Part shown: positions 8,181 through 17,863 of the stretch, piece after piece
Layout of the letters: every line of letters begins with the position of its first letter
Numbering within the stretch: position 1 is the first letter of the stretch
Source: a bacterium
GTDB taxonomy: Bacteria > SAR324 > XYD2-FULL-50-16
Reading direction: 5' to 3'
Assembly (NCBI GenBank): GCA_029940215.1
Contig: JAOZRE010000004.1
Coordinates: 1 to 44,381 of the forward strand
Length of the DNA: 44,381 nucleotides
Position numbers and translations under genes: made by a program
The notes under the pieces: model-generated
The model's database searches: none
Told to the model about the DNA's origin: nothing
The model's input: the letters and a program-made list of their open reading frames with translations, nothing else

Positions 8181-10136
8181 TCACACAGCCCTTCTTTTTC
8201 TGATGATTCTGGTGGGAATGTAGACAATCAGAAAAATCAGGCCCAGTACCAGGATAATGGCACCAAAAGCCAGCCAGGTGAGATAGTTTCCGCCAGCCAG
8301 CAGGTTGTATGGGTTGAGGCTGGGGGCCTTGACCTGGCGATCCTCTGTCTGCCTGTATTGTTCCGGTATTTCAGGAATCCCGTCTCCGTCCCGGTCGTCA
8401 AAGGTCCGAACATATCCCATCAGCGCCGTCCAGTCCTTTATTTCCTGGATACCCGCCTGATTCTTGTTCCCATCCACCCGGACTGTACCCAGATCCTCAA
8501 TTGGATTTCCCGCCCTGTCCTTGGGAACAATGGTCAGAATCCCGCTGGTGAAACCGCCAATGACCTTGAGGAAGGTCGCGTTGTATATGTTGGAAACGAT
8601 TTTGTACAGCCGGGTATCGTCTGATGAGTAGTCCAGTGGCTGGTAGTTCCCCTGCTCATCCTCAAGCAGAATCTCTGTCACCCGGTCGAAAAGCATTCGA
8701 TTGGGATTATAGGTCATTTTAGCACCAGAGACCTGAATGTAATAATCGCTGCCCTGCATGGGGTAAACGGTGGTCAGCACCTCAAAGACCTTCTTGACTT
8801 CCTGGGCGTTGACGTACATGGACACCAGGGGATAACTCATGGAACCGTCCCACCCGATACCCAGCGGAACCGTACGAAACAGGTCGCTAACCGTCACCTG
8901 ACCGGTTTCCCCCTTCAGAATATCGTCACGAATTACACCGTTCGACTGAACGGAAATAGTCACCCGACTCAGGGGATCCCCGGGAACGCGCTCTGCCTTG
9001 TCAACCGCCCAGCGGGTGGCATCGGTAATCAGATTACCCAGGGTCGACTCCTTCTCCTCGATGTGCAGATCAAAATCGGTTTCGACCAGTGCCTGGTCAA
9101 AGCGCAGGTTGTAGGGTTTTAATACCTTTTCATTGACCAGTTGTATGGCAGCATCGACCCTGGCGGTGATGTCAGGATCGCCCTTAATGGTGTCGTCGAT
9201 GGGCAAGATCCTGTAATCGAGCAGTTTGACATCTCCCTCATCAATCACCAAATCCAGTACGCCGACCTGTTTGCCATATTCCCAGGCCTGAACAATAATT
9301 GTCCCATTCTCAATAATGGCGTGCGGAAGCCGGGTGTGGGTATGTCCACTGATGATGACATCTATTCCGGGAACGTTCCTGGCGAGAAGCTGATCCTCTG
9401 AGACAGTCGGATCCAGACTCAGACCGCTGTGAGATAAACAGACAACCAGATCGACCTTCTCTGTCTCCCTCAAGACCTTAACCATCTGTTTCGCCGTTTC
9501 AGTCATATCCCCGAACGTCACCGGGGAGGCAAAGGGAGCAACACTGGCCGCATTTTTACCAACCAGACCGAAAAAACCAATTTTCAATCCACCCCTCTGC
9601 ATAACCGTCCAGGGTTTCACTACTCCCTGCTTGAACAGCGTTTCCAGACTGTCATCCGCTTTTTCCGTATCACTGAAAACCACGTTGGATGACACAATCT
9701 GCGGCATACTCCCTTTTCTGACGGCGGATGTCAGAATCCGGGTCAACCCTTCGGGTTTCAAGTCAAATTCATGATTGCCGAGAGTCGTCAGGTCGATTCC
9801 CATCTCTTTCATTAACGCCAGTTCCAATGCCTCCTCCCTGGCGACCATATGAAACAGCGATCCCATCAGAAAATCGCCCGCGTCCAGGACCAGAACCGGG
9901 TTGTTCCTCTTTTTTTTCTCGGAGCGAATTAGCGAGGCAATTCGGGCCCAACCCCCGATCGTCGCATCGTTTCCAGTTACATCCGGACTGTAGTCCCGAT
10001 TGGGAGAAAATCCCAGAAAGTGGGAGTGCAGGTCATTGGTGTGAATGATGGTCAACCGCTTGTCAGCCGCACCCAAAGCACTTGCCTGACTTATGACAAA
10101 CAGGATGAGAATGACTACGACATATTTAGCTTTCAT
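8181..10136 (-). CDS. Secreted, membrane-anchored 5'-nucleotidase / UDP-sugar hydrolase family metallophosphoesterase
   Basis: Signal peptide; HTNDLHS, LDAGD, LGNHEFD, GHTH motifs; C-terminal nucleotidase domain and a terminal TM helix followed by basic residues. Confidence 0.92.
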   Translation of the reverse strand: MKAKYVVVILILFVISQASALGAADKRLTIIHTNDLHSHFLGFSPNRDYSPDVTGNDATIGGWARIASLIRSEKKKRNNPVLVLDAGDFLMGSLFHMVAREEALELALMKEMGIDLTTLGNHEFDLKPEGLTRILTSAVRKGSMPQIVSSNVVFSDTEKADDSLETLFKQGVVKPWTVMQRGGLKIGFFGLVGKNAASVAPFASPVTFGDMTETAKQMVKVLRETEKVDLVVCLSHSGLSLDPTVSEDQLLARNVPGIDVIISGHTHTRLPHAIIENGTIIVQAWEYGKQVGVLDLVIDEGDVKLLDYRILPIDDTIKGDPDITARVDAAIQLVNEKVLKPYNLRFDQALVETDFDLHIEEKESTLGNLITDATRWAVDKAERVPGDPLSRVTISVQSNGVIRDDILKGETGQVTVSDLFRTVPLGIGWDGSMSYPLVSMYVNAQEVKKVFEVLTTVYPMQGSDYYIQVSGAKMTYNPNRMLFDRVTEILLEDEQGNYQPLDYSSDDTRLYKIVSNIYNATFLKVIGGFTSGILTIVPKDRAGNPIEDLGTVRVDGNKNQAGIQEIKDWTALMGYVRTFDDRDGDGIPEIPEQYRQTEDRQVKAPSLNPYNLLAGGNYLTWLAFGAIILVLGLIFLIVYIPTRIIRKRRAV

Positions 10137-10486
10137 TTTAAACTCCCCCTTGATTCTGTATCAATCTGAGATAGCACCGCTTGTTTCGTCATTGAAAACG
10201 GTGAATTGGCCGCTGAGGTAACACAAAGACACTGCAAGCCTGCACCATTTCAAGCAGAATATCAAGGGCTTGCTAATGATGAAACAGATATCACATCAAC
10301 TGGTATTCCAGATTCGCCGAGGTTACTCAACGCCAGAGCCCTACAGCGCCAGGGTCACCATCGCTCCGACTGACAGCATCATGTCTCCTATAAATATTGT
10401 GGATTGTTACCGCTGCAAACAGTGTCGCCCTCATTATTAAAAACGGTGAGGTGGCAGAACTGGTTGTCATGGAACAAGATTCGAAA

Positions 10487-10873
10487 TTACCAGATCGTCT
10501 TCACGTGTTGCCATTTCTGCAGCTTTCGATCCTTCGAAACAAGATCGGCCCCGTGAATCAGGCAGGTCGCGGCTATAAACCGGTCGGCTGGATCGCCATG
10601 GAAATCTCCCGGTAATCGTGTTGAGTAAACCATGGTTTTGGGGTCGAGCGGTAAAAAACGAACCTTTGGAAGGGAGAGTGCGGTTTTAATCCAGTCCATT
10701 ACATCCTGGTTCAAGGCGAGGCGGTTATGGGAAACCAGCATGGCAACTTCCCAACAACTGATGGCGCTGATACCAATTTCTGCGGCTTGATCAATCTCTC
10801 TCGCCGCCTGCTTCGAAAGCAATGTTGACTCGCTCGCTGACCAGATCCATGCGTGTGTGTCGAGAACAATCAT
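10487..10873 (-). CDS. vapC: VapC-family PIN-domain toxin. Start refined to the ATG at 10873.
   Basis: IVLDTHAWIW, SAISCWEV, HGDPADRFI.AT, SKDRK motifs. ATGA coupling with the antitoxin stop. Confidence 0.92.
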   Translation of the reverse strand: MIVLDTHAWIWSASESTLLSKQAAREIDQAAEIGISAISCWEVAMLVSHNRLALNQDVMDWIKTALSLPKVRFLPLDPKTMVYSTRLPGDFHGDPADRFIAATCLIHGADLVSKDRKLQKWQHVKTIW

Positions 10874-11100
10874 GCCTCGGCCTCCCACTCCTCATCGATT
10901 GGAGAGACAATATCCGCTTCAAAAATCACGCTCCCTTTCAGGGGATTGATGAGCTCATGCTCCGGTTTCAGGTATGGGGTCAGGCAGGCAACCGGTTTTC
11001 CATGTTTGGTGACAACCAGCTGTTCATGGGTCCGAGCAACTTCATCCAACAAAGCAAGACACTTTGCTTTGAACTGACCCGCAGGTATCGTTTTCATCAC
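10870..11100 (-). CDS. Phd/YefM-family antitoxin
   Basis: FKAKCL.LLDEV...VVTKHGKPVA motif, directly upstream of the PIN toxin. Confidence 0.92.
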   Translation of the reverse strand: MMKTIPAGQFKAKCLALLDEVARTHEQLVVTKHGKPVACLTPYLKPEHELINPLKGSVIFEADIVSPIDEEWEAEA

Positions 11101-11108
11101 TTTCCCTT

Positions 11109-11169
11109 ATAGGTTATAAAATTATGACTATAGTAATTTTTTTATAACCTATTTTACCGGAAAGGTCAA
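11109..11169 (-). promoter_or_regulatory. Sigma70 promoter and autoregulatory inverted repeat of the TA operon
   Basis: Minus strand TTGACC(11169-11164)-N17-TATAAA(11146-11141). Perfect 13 bp arms ATAGGTTATAAAA (11109-11121) / TTTTATAACCTAT (11140-11152) overlap the -10. Confidence 0.75.
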
Positions 11170-11176
11170 TCCCCCG

Positions 11177-11452
11177 CTACTTTAGCAGGCCAACCGTTTC
11201 CGGGGCTGCTTCCGGGTGCCATTCAGGGCAGTTGGTGCTGCCGGTATATGCCCGGACATATTTACGCTCCGGCGTTCTCTCCAGATATCGGCGGGAACGC
11301 CGCCAGCGATGTTGAACCACTTTCGGTTTGATCAGAAAATCCCGGTAGCATTTTTCGCGGAACGCTTCTGAATCCATGTGTCCATCACAAATCAATTTTA
11401 CAGGCTCGCCTTCCCGGTCGAAGCACTCATAAATGTTGTAACTGTTTTCCAT
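11177..11452 (-). CDS. Hypothetical 91 aa protein
   Basis: ATG with an AGGA SD and a near-consensus upstream promoter. No family recognised. Confidence 0.65.
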   Translation of the reverse strand: MENSYNIYECFDREGEPVKLICDGHMDSEAFREKCYRDFLIKPKVVQHRWRRSRRYLERTPERKYVRAYTGSTNCPEWHPEAAPETVGLLK

Positions 11453-11520
11453 GTCAATCCTGAATAAGTGGTTTTTATCAAGGAGAACGTACTTTCACTT
11501 TTATTGGTGAACATATGTAT

Positions 11521-11549
11521 ACTATAGTATTGGAAAAAGAGTTTGTCAA
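11521..11549 (-). promoter_or_regulatory. Near-consensus sigma70 promoter for the 91 aa ORF
   Basis: Minus strand TTGACA(11549-11544)-N17-TATAGT(11526-11521). Confidence 0.7.
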
Positions 11550-11773
11550 ACAAAAATCGACATTCGGAAATGGGCAGGAATAATGCGGCGTTTAGTGCAT
11601 ATTTACAACTATTTACGCCACCGTTTTTCAGGGGGCTACGACAGTATATGCCGTTTGTAAATGGAGAGAACAGGGGGGTCTATCCAGGAACAGTTTTCAC
11701 TAGTGAAAGATTGAAATCCCATGGTCGGGATAACGAAAGGGAAAGGAATCTCAACATCTGAAAGTAGATGCGG

Positions 11774-12142
11774 CTATTCTTCTCGTGGTACGAGGCGACT
11801 GGCGATGCGGTAGAGCAACCAGCGGTTGAAGGCGTTCATATATTTAATGCTGTCCTTACCTGCGATGGCCATTCCCGCAAGGAAAACAAGGTGCGAGAGG
11901 CCGTACGCAAGCGGCGATCCAATCAGGAAAAGCGCCGGCCAGGAGAGGTAAAAGGAGACCACACCCAGAACCGTGATAAACGGCCAGGCCATCAGATAGC
12001 TGAATCCGACAATCCCCATTCCCAGAATAAACTGGACAGACGGTTTTTCCCGGAACATCGACAGATCTGCCGGTTCGGCCAGGGCCCATTTAAAAAAGCG
12101 GGTCTCGGCTATCCAGTTACGGAAACGTCGTAGCCCAATCAT
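11774..12142 (-). CDS. Small membrane protein, last gene of the lipid cluster
   Basis: Two to three hydrophobic helices. ATGA-coupled to the deacetylase. Confidence 0.75.
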   Translation of the reverse strand: MIGLRRFRNWIAETRFFKWALAEPADLSMFREKPSVQFILGMGIVGFSYLMAWPFITVLGVVSFYLSWPALFLIGSPLAYGLSHLVFLAGMAIAGKDSIKYMNAFNRWLLYRIASRLVPREE

Positions 12143-12951
12143 CTGGTAGCTCCGATTTTGTCCATCACCGGTCGATCAATCAGGGTGGAAAGTGGAACAG
12201 GTTGCAGCTGTTTTGACTGCAGCCCGACAAAAATACGCTCCATCTCTTCCATTAGTTGCCTGGATGTCATTTCCCCGTGAGGTTTGCAATCGTGGAGCAG
12301 CAGGATATCGCCGGGTCGGATTTTTTTCAGGACCTTCTCAGCCATTCCGTTGATGCGGCGATTTCCAAAATCCGTGGCTCGACAGCTGAAACCGACGCAG
12401 GTCAGCCCGAGATTTTCCAGAATCGGTCTCAGGTGAGGATTTGTGATTCCAACCGGAGGCCGGAAGGTCTTTGGTCGGATTGAAAAGTCAGCCAATCTTT
12501 CCTGGCAGGTTATAATCTCCGCCTCAATTTTCCGTCGTCCCTTCAACATCAGAAACACATCATGGGTATCAGAGTGGTTTCCAATATCGTGCCCCCCATC
12601 CAGAATTGCCCGAACCAGGTCCGGACAGGCTGCGACTTTTTCGCCGATGACGAAAAAGGTGACTTGAAACCCGAACCTTGAAAGCAGCTCAAGCAGGGCA
12701 GGCGTTGTTTCCGGGTCCGGACCATCGTCAAAGGTGATGGCGATTTCAGGACGCTGGGTCTTTCCCCGGCGCACAATGGGAAGAAAGAAGCTGAGTCGCT
12801 GGGCATAAGGTCCCACAAGGCACAGCAGTCCAAACACAACCGCAGGCAGGAACCAGAGAGACGGAACCAGAATCAGCAGTGGAACCGTTGTCAGGGCAGC
12901 CAGTGCGGCAGAGAGTTCAAAACGGCTTCGAAAGGGAAATTTGTTCAGCAT
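12139..12951 (-). CDS. Membrane-anchored polysaccharide deacetylase (NodB/CE4)
   Basis: TFDDGP, GNHS.TH, FRPP.G, LLHD motifs and an N-terminal TM segment. This family is typical of flexirubin/APE-type clusters. Confidence 0.9.
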   Translation of the reverse strand: MLNKFPFRSRFELSAALAALTTVPLLILVPSLWFLPAVVFGLLCLVGPYAQRLSFFLPIVRRGKTQRPEIAITFDDGPDPETTPALLELLSRFGFQVTFFVIGEKVAACPDLVRAILDGGHDIGNHSDTHDVFLMLKGRRKIEAEIITCQERLADFSIRPKTFRPPVGITNPHLRPILENLGLTCVGFSCRATDFGNRRINGMAEKVLKKIRPGDILLLHDCKPHGEMTSRQLMEEMERIFVGLQSKQLQPVPLSTLIDRPVMDKIGATR

Positions 12952-13325
12952 TTTCCATCGAGCTTGAATTTACCACTGAACTTCAAATAGGTACAGCTGC
13001 TATCAGCGATCTGCGCTTTAACGGTGACGCAGGAAGCGTCGGCCGATACTGTTTCAATGGACAGTTCCAGTTCAGATGTTCTGTCCGGGATCAGCAAGTT
13101 GAGGAACTTGATCTGCCGGGATTCTGTCAGCAAGACCTTCCGGCCCAGGTGATCCGCGACCAGTTCTTTTATCATCTGGATCATACAGGCGCCAGGTGTC
13201 ACCGGATTGCCCGGAAAGTGCCCGTCATAAACAGGGTGCTCCGGGATGAGGGTGATACCCAGGCGAACCACCGCTTCCGTTTGTTCCAGGACCCTGCTGA
13301 CCTTAAAGAAAGAATCTTTCAGCAT
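12945..13325 (-). CDS. FabA/FabZ-like 3-hydroxyacyl-ACP dehydratase (ApeI-like)
   Basis: HPVYDGHFPGNPVTPG hot-dog catalytic motif and IKFL. ATG at 13325. Confidence 0.88.
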   Translation of the reverse strand: MLKDSFFKVSRVLEQTEAVVRLGITLIPEHPVYDGHFPGNPVTPGACMIQMIKELVADHLGRKVLLTESRQIKFLNLLIPDRTSELELSIETVSADASCVTVKAQIADSSCTYLKFSGKFKLDGKC

Positions 13326-13341
13326 AAACAACCATTGCGAA

Positions 13342-14616
13342 TTAAACAGACTGCGCAGATTCCCGCCCGAACGTTTTTTTAACCAGGTTTCGGTTGCGCG
13401 GCCGCAGGGTTTTATTCTCCATCTCTTTTTTGACCACCCGCAGCATAAGCTTGAACATTTTCACCGACTGGGCTTCGTCCGCATAGAAGGTGTCCCAGGC
13501 ATAGGTCAACAGCTCCTGCAGTTTGTCGGGGGTCATGTGTTTGGGCTGATAAACCACCCTGTCAGCGGAATACCGGTCCCAGTCATATGAGAGAATCCGT
13601 CCCGCCTGATGCAGTTCATTATAGGCCTGCGTGTGGGGAAATGGGGTCAGCACCGTGAATTCAGCCAGATCCAGTTCAATCTCCATCAGAAAATCGATCA
13701 GCCGTTTGACATCGTCCTCAGTCTGGTCGTCCAGCCCCAGCAGGATGGTGCCTTCCACGCCAATGCCGTGATCGTGGTAGCGCTTGATCCGATCCCTTAT
13801 ATAATCAGAGGTATCAAACACCGCCTGGTACACATACCAGGCCCCCGCCTGTGCCGCCAGGTCCAGGACTTCGGGGTCGTCTTCAATGGGATGGCAGCAC
13901 CAGCTTTTTTTCAGCGGGATCATTTCCCGAAAGAGGTCTTTTTCCCACTGGGTATCCTGGGCCAGGGAGTTATCGACGATGAACAGCCGGTTGTTGTCTA
14001 TCCCGGCAATCTCTTCGATTGTTTTATCAATGGGCCGGGGCCTGAATTTTCGCCCCCCCAGATAGGCCACCGCACAGGGATAACAGTTGAAATGACACCC
14101 CCTGGAGGCATGCACCAGGTCCACCATCTGCACTCCCTTGTAGTTATACAGATCCGAATCCAGGATATCCCGCCGCGCCGACCCTACGATCTCAATGGGC
14201 GGCAGATCGGTCTGGTAGTTGTATACAGGCTTGAGGCGGTCCATTTTAAAATCCGTCATCACCTCATCCATGCGCCCTTCGGCTTCACCCAGAAAAACCG
14301 AGTCCCCATGTTCGGCTGTCTCTTCAGCATGGAGCATGGTAGCAATACCGCCAAATATCACCTTAATTCCCCGCCTGCGATACTCCACCGCAATCTCCCA
14401 GCCCCGTTTGATCTGGATCGTCAACATCATTGAGATCCCCACCATATCAACCGACTCATCAAAATCAATGGTTTGAACGTTTTCATCGACAAAGGTGACC
14501 GACACATCATCCGGCAGGGAAGCTGCAAAAACGACAGGGCCGTGTGGGGGCAGATGAAACTCTGTCTGACAATCCAGTTTTGCCCACCTGGGATAAATCA
14601 ATTTAAAATTTATCAT
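13342..14616 (-). CDS. Cobalamin-binding (class B-type) radical SAM protein
   Basis: N-terminal B12-binding domain (DENV, VGIS, VIFGGI, GEAE) followed by SRGCHFNCYPC (CxxxCxxC) and LTPFPHT. Confidence 0.9.
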   Translation of the reverse strand: MINFKLIYPRWAKLDCQTEFHLPPHGPVVFAASLPDDVSVTFVDENVQTIDFDESVDMVGISMMLTIQIKRGWEIAVEYRRRGIKVIFGGIATMLHAEETAEHGDSVFLGEAEGRMDEVMTDFKMDRLKPVYNYQTDLPPIEIVGSARRDILDSDLYNYKGVQMVDLVHASRGCHFNCYPCAVAYLGGRKFRPRPIDKTIEEIAGIDNNRLFIVDNSLAQDTQWEKDLFREMIPLKKSWCCHPIEDDPEVLDLAAQAGAWYVYQAVFDTSDYIRDRIKRYHDHGIGVEGTILLGLDDQTEDDVKRLIDFLMEIELDLAEFTVLTPFPHTQAYNELHQAGRILSYDWDRYSADRVVYQPKHMTPDKLQELLTYAWDTFYADEAQSVKMFKLMLRVVKKEMENKTLRPRNRNLVKKTFGRESAQSV

Positions 14617-14618
14617 TT

Positions 14619-16256
14619 CTATCCTTTGTTTTCATTACGCAACAAGCGTCGAAGCGGCTTCCCCACGCGATTGGCAGGAATTTCATCACAAAAGCGAATA
14701 TAGCGGGGCACCTTGTAAGCCGCCAGGTGCTCCTTGCAGAATGCCATCAATTCAGCTTTTTCACCGGTTTTTCCTTCCTCGGTCACCACGTAGGCAACGA
14801 TGGCTTCTCCCCGCATTTTGTCCGGGGTGCCAACAGCCGCAGCATCCTTGACGGAAGGATGTTTCTTGAGTACGGATTCAATATCGCTGGGATAGACATT
14901 AAAGCCGCGCGAAATGATCAGGTCGTCCTTACGATCCACGAGGTAGAAGTACCCATCTTCATCCATCCGGGCCAGGTCGCTGGTATAGAGCCAGCCGTCC
15001 CGGATCGACTCCCAGGTTCGTTCCGGGTCGTTCCAGTAACCCTGCATCACCTGAGGTCCGCTGATAATCATCTCTCCAACCTCACCAACCGGGCAGTCCG
15101 TTTCACCCGTTTCGATATCGACGATCCTGACATCAATACCGGGAAGGGGTAGTCCGATGCTGTCATATCGTGGCTTTTCCGCCTTAAACGGCATGATATG
15201 GGATGATGAAGAGCCCTCAGATAGGCCATAAGCCTGGGCAATCCGCTTTCCGGTCAATTGTTCGTACTTGACCTGCACCCATTCCGGCAGCGGCGCCCCG
15301 CCGCCTGTTGCCACCTCGATGGCTGAGAGATCGTATTGATCCGCCTCGTTGTGTGACACCAGGGCCGCCCACAAGGCCGGTACCGCAGGAAAAGAAATCG
15401 GGCGATATTTTTTGATATCACCAAGAATCGTCAGAATATTGGACCAGTCGAACATGGGATACAAAATCATCCGCATACCCTTGCGAACCGACAAGTGGAG
15501 GCCGATCGTCATCCCGAAGACATGAAAAAATGGAATCATGCAATGTACCGCCGGGTTCTCCGGGTTCACATCCGGTCGCCAGCTATCTATCTGCACCAGA
15601 TTGCTTGTGATATTGCGATGGGTCAGCACCACCGCCTTGGGGGCTCCCGTTGAGCCGCTGGTGTATTGTAGCACAGCGACATCATCCATCTCACAGACCC
15701 TTTCCGGCTCCTCAGTCGGATTGGCTGCAACCAGATCATTGAAGATCAGGATTTCCGGACATGACTCCCCAATATCGATCGTTTTTTCCAGGTTCATGAC
15801 CGAATGGATCACAATCTTGCGCAGGGGGGTCTCTTCGACTACCTGAACCACGTTATTGAGAAATATATCCAGAGTGATCACGACTTGTGCATCCGAATTA
15901 TTCAGGAATGTTACCAGGTCCGCTCCCTGGCTCATCACATTGAGGTTCACCACTATCGCTCCCAGCTTGACCACCGCATAAAACCCGATGATGTAAGTTG
16001 GCGAATTGGGCAGGAGCAGTGCCACCCGATCCCCCCTTTTGATGCCCATTACCTGCAGCGCGTACGCAAACCCGTTAACCTTTTTGTTGATCTCACCGTA
16101 GGTGATATCCAGCTCGTTCATGGTTGAGGCAATGTAATCCGGGTGTTCGGTCGCTGTTCTTACCAACAGTTCCGGCAGGGTAGCGTTCAGATACTCCGGT
16201 TCCGAAACGACACCTTCTTCATATTGGTTTAACCAGGGTTTTTTCATAGTCGTCAT
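14619..16256 (-). CDS. Long-chain fatty-acid-CoA ligase (FadD-like)
   Basis: YTSGSTGAPKA, AYGLSE, GPQVM.GYW, DRKDD, GKPLRR adenylation motifs. Confidence 0.92.
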   Translation of the reverse strand: MTTMKKPWLNQYEEGVVSEPEYLNATLPELLVRTATEHPDYIASTMNELDITYGEINKKVNGFAYALQVMGIKRGDRVALLLPNSPTYIIGFYAVVKLGAIVVNLNVMSQGADLVTFLNNSDAQVVITLDIFLNNVVQVVEETPLRKIVIHSVMNLEKTIDIGESCPEILIFNDLVAANPTEEPERVCEMDDVAVLQYTSGSTGAPKAVVLTHRNITSNLVQIDSWRPDVNPENPAVHCMIPFFHVFGMTIGLHLSVRKGMRMILYPMFDWSNILTILGDIKKYRPISFPAVPALWAALVSHNEADQYDLSAIEVATGGGAPLPEWVQVKYEQLTGKRIAQAYGLSEGSSSSHIMPFKAEKPRYDSIGLPLPGIDVRIVDIETGETDCPVGEVGEMIISGPQVMQGYWNDPERTWESIRDGWLYTSDLARMDEDGYFYLVDRKDDLIISRGFNVYPSDIESVLKKHPSVKDAAAVGTPDKMRGEAIVAYVVTEEGKTGEKAELMAFCKEHLAAYKVPRYIRFCDEIPANRVGKPLRRLLRNENKG

Positions 16257-16831
16257 ATGGGGTTATCTTTTTTAAGCAGTTCGATCATGTTCTGCCTGTG
16301 ATTGGCGATAATAAAAGCAACGGTGACAGCAACGCCGCTAGTGGAAATCGAATCCATCCCGATCTCCTTAACCACCAAAGCACCGAGGGTCAGAATCAGA
16401 AAAAATGAGGCGATAAAGGGTTTGCGAAACAGACCATACGCAGTGACCCAGGCCACCATGGCATAAATGACCGACCAGCCTGTGATCATAGCGAAGAAAC
16501 CCATATAGTTCGCGACACCTTTTCCACCTTTGAAGCCATGGAAGCAGGGAAATCGGTTACCCAGGATCAGCACCAGCCCTACCCAGGGAACCAGCCGCAT
16601 CGGCAGATAGTAAATAGCCAGCCAGGAAACACCCATCGCCCGGCTGAAGTCCAGTAGCAGCACCAGAATCGCCCAGAGCAGACCCGCCTGTCGATAGACA
16701 TTGGTCGTCCCCGGATTACCACTAAACTGCGCCCGGGGATCCGACCGCCCCATCAACCGAAACAGGATGATGGAAAAGTTGACTGATCCCGCCAGGTAAG
16801 CTGTTAGTAGTAAAGTAATGAATATTGCCAT
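16253..16831 (-). CDS. plsY: Acyl-phosphate:glycerol-3-phosphate acyltransferase (PlsY family)
   Basis: AYL.GS, SGNPGTTNV.R, FKGGKGVA, HRQN motifs; polytopic membrane protein. Confidence 0.9.
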   Translation of the reverse strand: MAIFITLLLTAYLAGSVNFSIILFRLMGRSDPRAQFSGNPGTTNVYRQAGLLWAILVLLLDFSRAMGVSWLAIYYLPMRLVPWVGLVLILGNRFPCFHGFKGGKGVANYMGFFAMITGWSVIYAMVAWVTAYGLFRKPFIASFFLILTLGALVVKEIGMDSISTSGVAVTVAFIIANHRQNMIELLKKDNPI

Positions 16832-16909
16832 TTTTTAATAATCCTTCTTGTAAAAAAGCTTTACCACGCAGGCACAGAGATAATTCTGTATAAAAGGCCA
16901 CTCTCTGTT

Positions 16910-17677
16910 TTATTTAACACAGCCAGTTTCCCTGTCGAGCAGTTCTTTGACTGTTTCCATCAGTGCTTCAACAGAAAACCCCTCGTCCTCATAGTCCGGG
17001 TTCAGGGTCTCCACCAGTTTCAGGCGGATGGGACGATCAATTGCCGTGTTAAACAAAAAAGTGCCAGGCCGGAAAAGATCGTTACTGTTTTCGACCAGCA
17101 GAACCTTAATCGTTGCCCGACTTCTCAGGGCCACCTCAAATGCTCCTCGCGCCAGCGTACCAATTTCTCCTGTCCGACTCCGGGTTCCCTCCGGAAATAC
17201 AAAGACATTTCCGCCGGTGGTCAGGTAGTCTCCCAACTGCATGATTCGATGAAGCACTTCCCAGGGCGACACCCCTTTTCCGACCGCAGGCACATAACCC
17301 GAATGTTTCATGAGCCACCCGAACACCGGCACACTGAAAAAAGTGCTTTTGACGATGGTCTTTTGTTTTTTAAACGCTGCGATCATCAATAGCGGGTCGA
17401 GATAAGAGATATGATTACAGACAAGTATCGCAGACCGGATATCCCTTACCTGCGGGTCAACCTCGATCGTAAGCGAGGGAATCAGAAAGCGGGTCAGGCC
17501 GAAAAACCCCCTGAAAAACAGGTGATGCAGGTGCTGATATCGCAACTCCCGCCCCTCCTTCCTCACGTATGCCGCCAGGTAGAAAGGAAGAAAAAACACC
17601 AGAAACCCGAAAATAAAATAGACCCAGAGAATCGTCGTCACCAGAAGATCAATGGACTTTCGGACCGGGTTTTTCAT
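16910..17677 (-). CDS. 1-acyl-sn-glycerol-3-phosphate acyltransferase (PlsC family)
   Basis: NHISYLD (HX4D) and FPEGTRS motifs. Confidence 0.9.
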   Translation of the reverse strand: MKNPVRKSIDLLVTTILWVYFIFGFLVFFLPFYLAAYVRKEGRELRYQHLHHLFFRGFFGLTRFLIPSLTIEVDPQVRDIRSAILVCNHISYLDPLLMIAAFKKQKTIVKSTFFSVPVFGWLMKHSGYVPAVGKGVSPWEVLHRIMQLGDYLTTGGNVFVFPEGTRSRTGEIGTLARGAFEVALRSRATIKVLLVENSNDLFRPGTFLFNTAIDRPIRLKLVETLNPDYEDEGFSVEALMETVKELLDRETGCVK

Positions 17678-17730
17678 ATCAGGTATATTTTTATTTTATT
17701 TAACTTGTAATAATTCAGCATGCGTTTCGA

Positions 17731-17823
17731 CGAGGGGATCATGATTCAAAACACGCATAAATCCATCCCTGGAGCTGCGCGAAAACGTCCTGTTTTCGAG
17801 CATTTTGAATCATGATCCCCTCG
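17731..17823. repeat. Perfect 21 bp inverted repeat with an inner hairpin (REP/MITE-like)
   Basis: CGAGGGGATCATGATTCAAAA (17731-17751) / TTTTGAATCATGATCCCCTCG (17803-17823); inner CGAAAAC/GTTTTCG. Confidence 0.8.
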
Positions 17824-17863
17824 ACTCCGGAAATATCGTAAACCGCTACTTCAATTGTTCAAT

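Noticed and set aside
10140-10480. Weak internal similarity (ATTGAAAACGGTGAA versus ATTAAAAACGGTGAG) and short ORFs suggesting a pseudogene
   Set aside because: The match is too short, the frames are broken by stops, and no family is recognisable.
10487-11452. Prophage or integrative element around the TA pair
   Set aside because: No integrase, transposase, tRNA or att-like direct repeats were seen.
16862-16890. ACCACGCAGGCACAGAG, resembling short repeats seen near GxxExxY genes
   Set aside because: Single degenerate copy with no partner repeat or associated gene.
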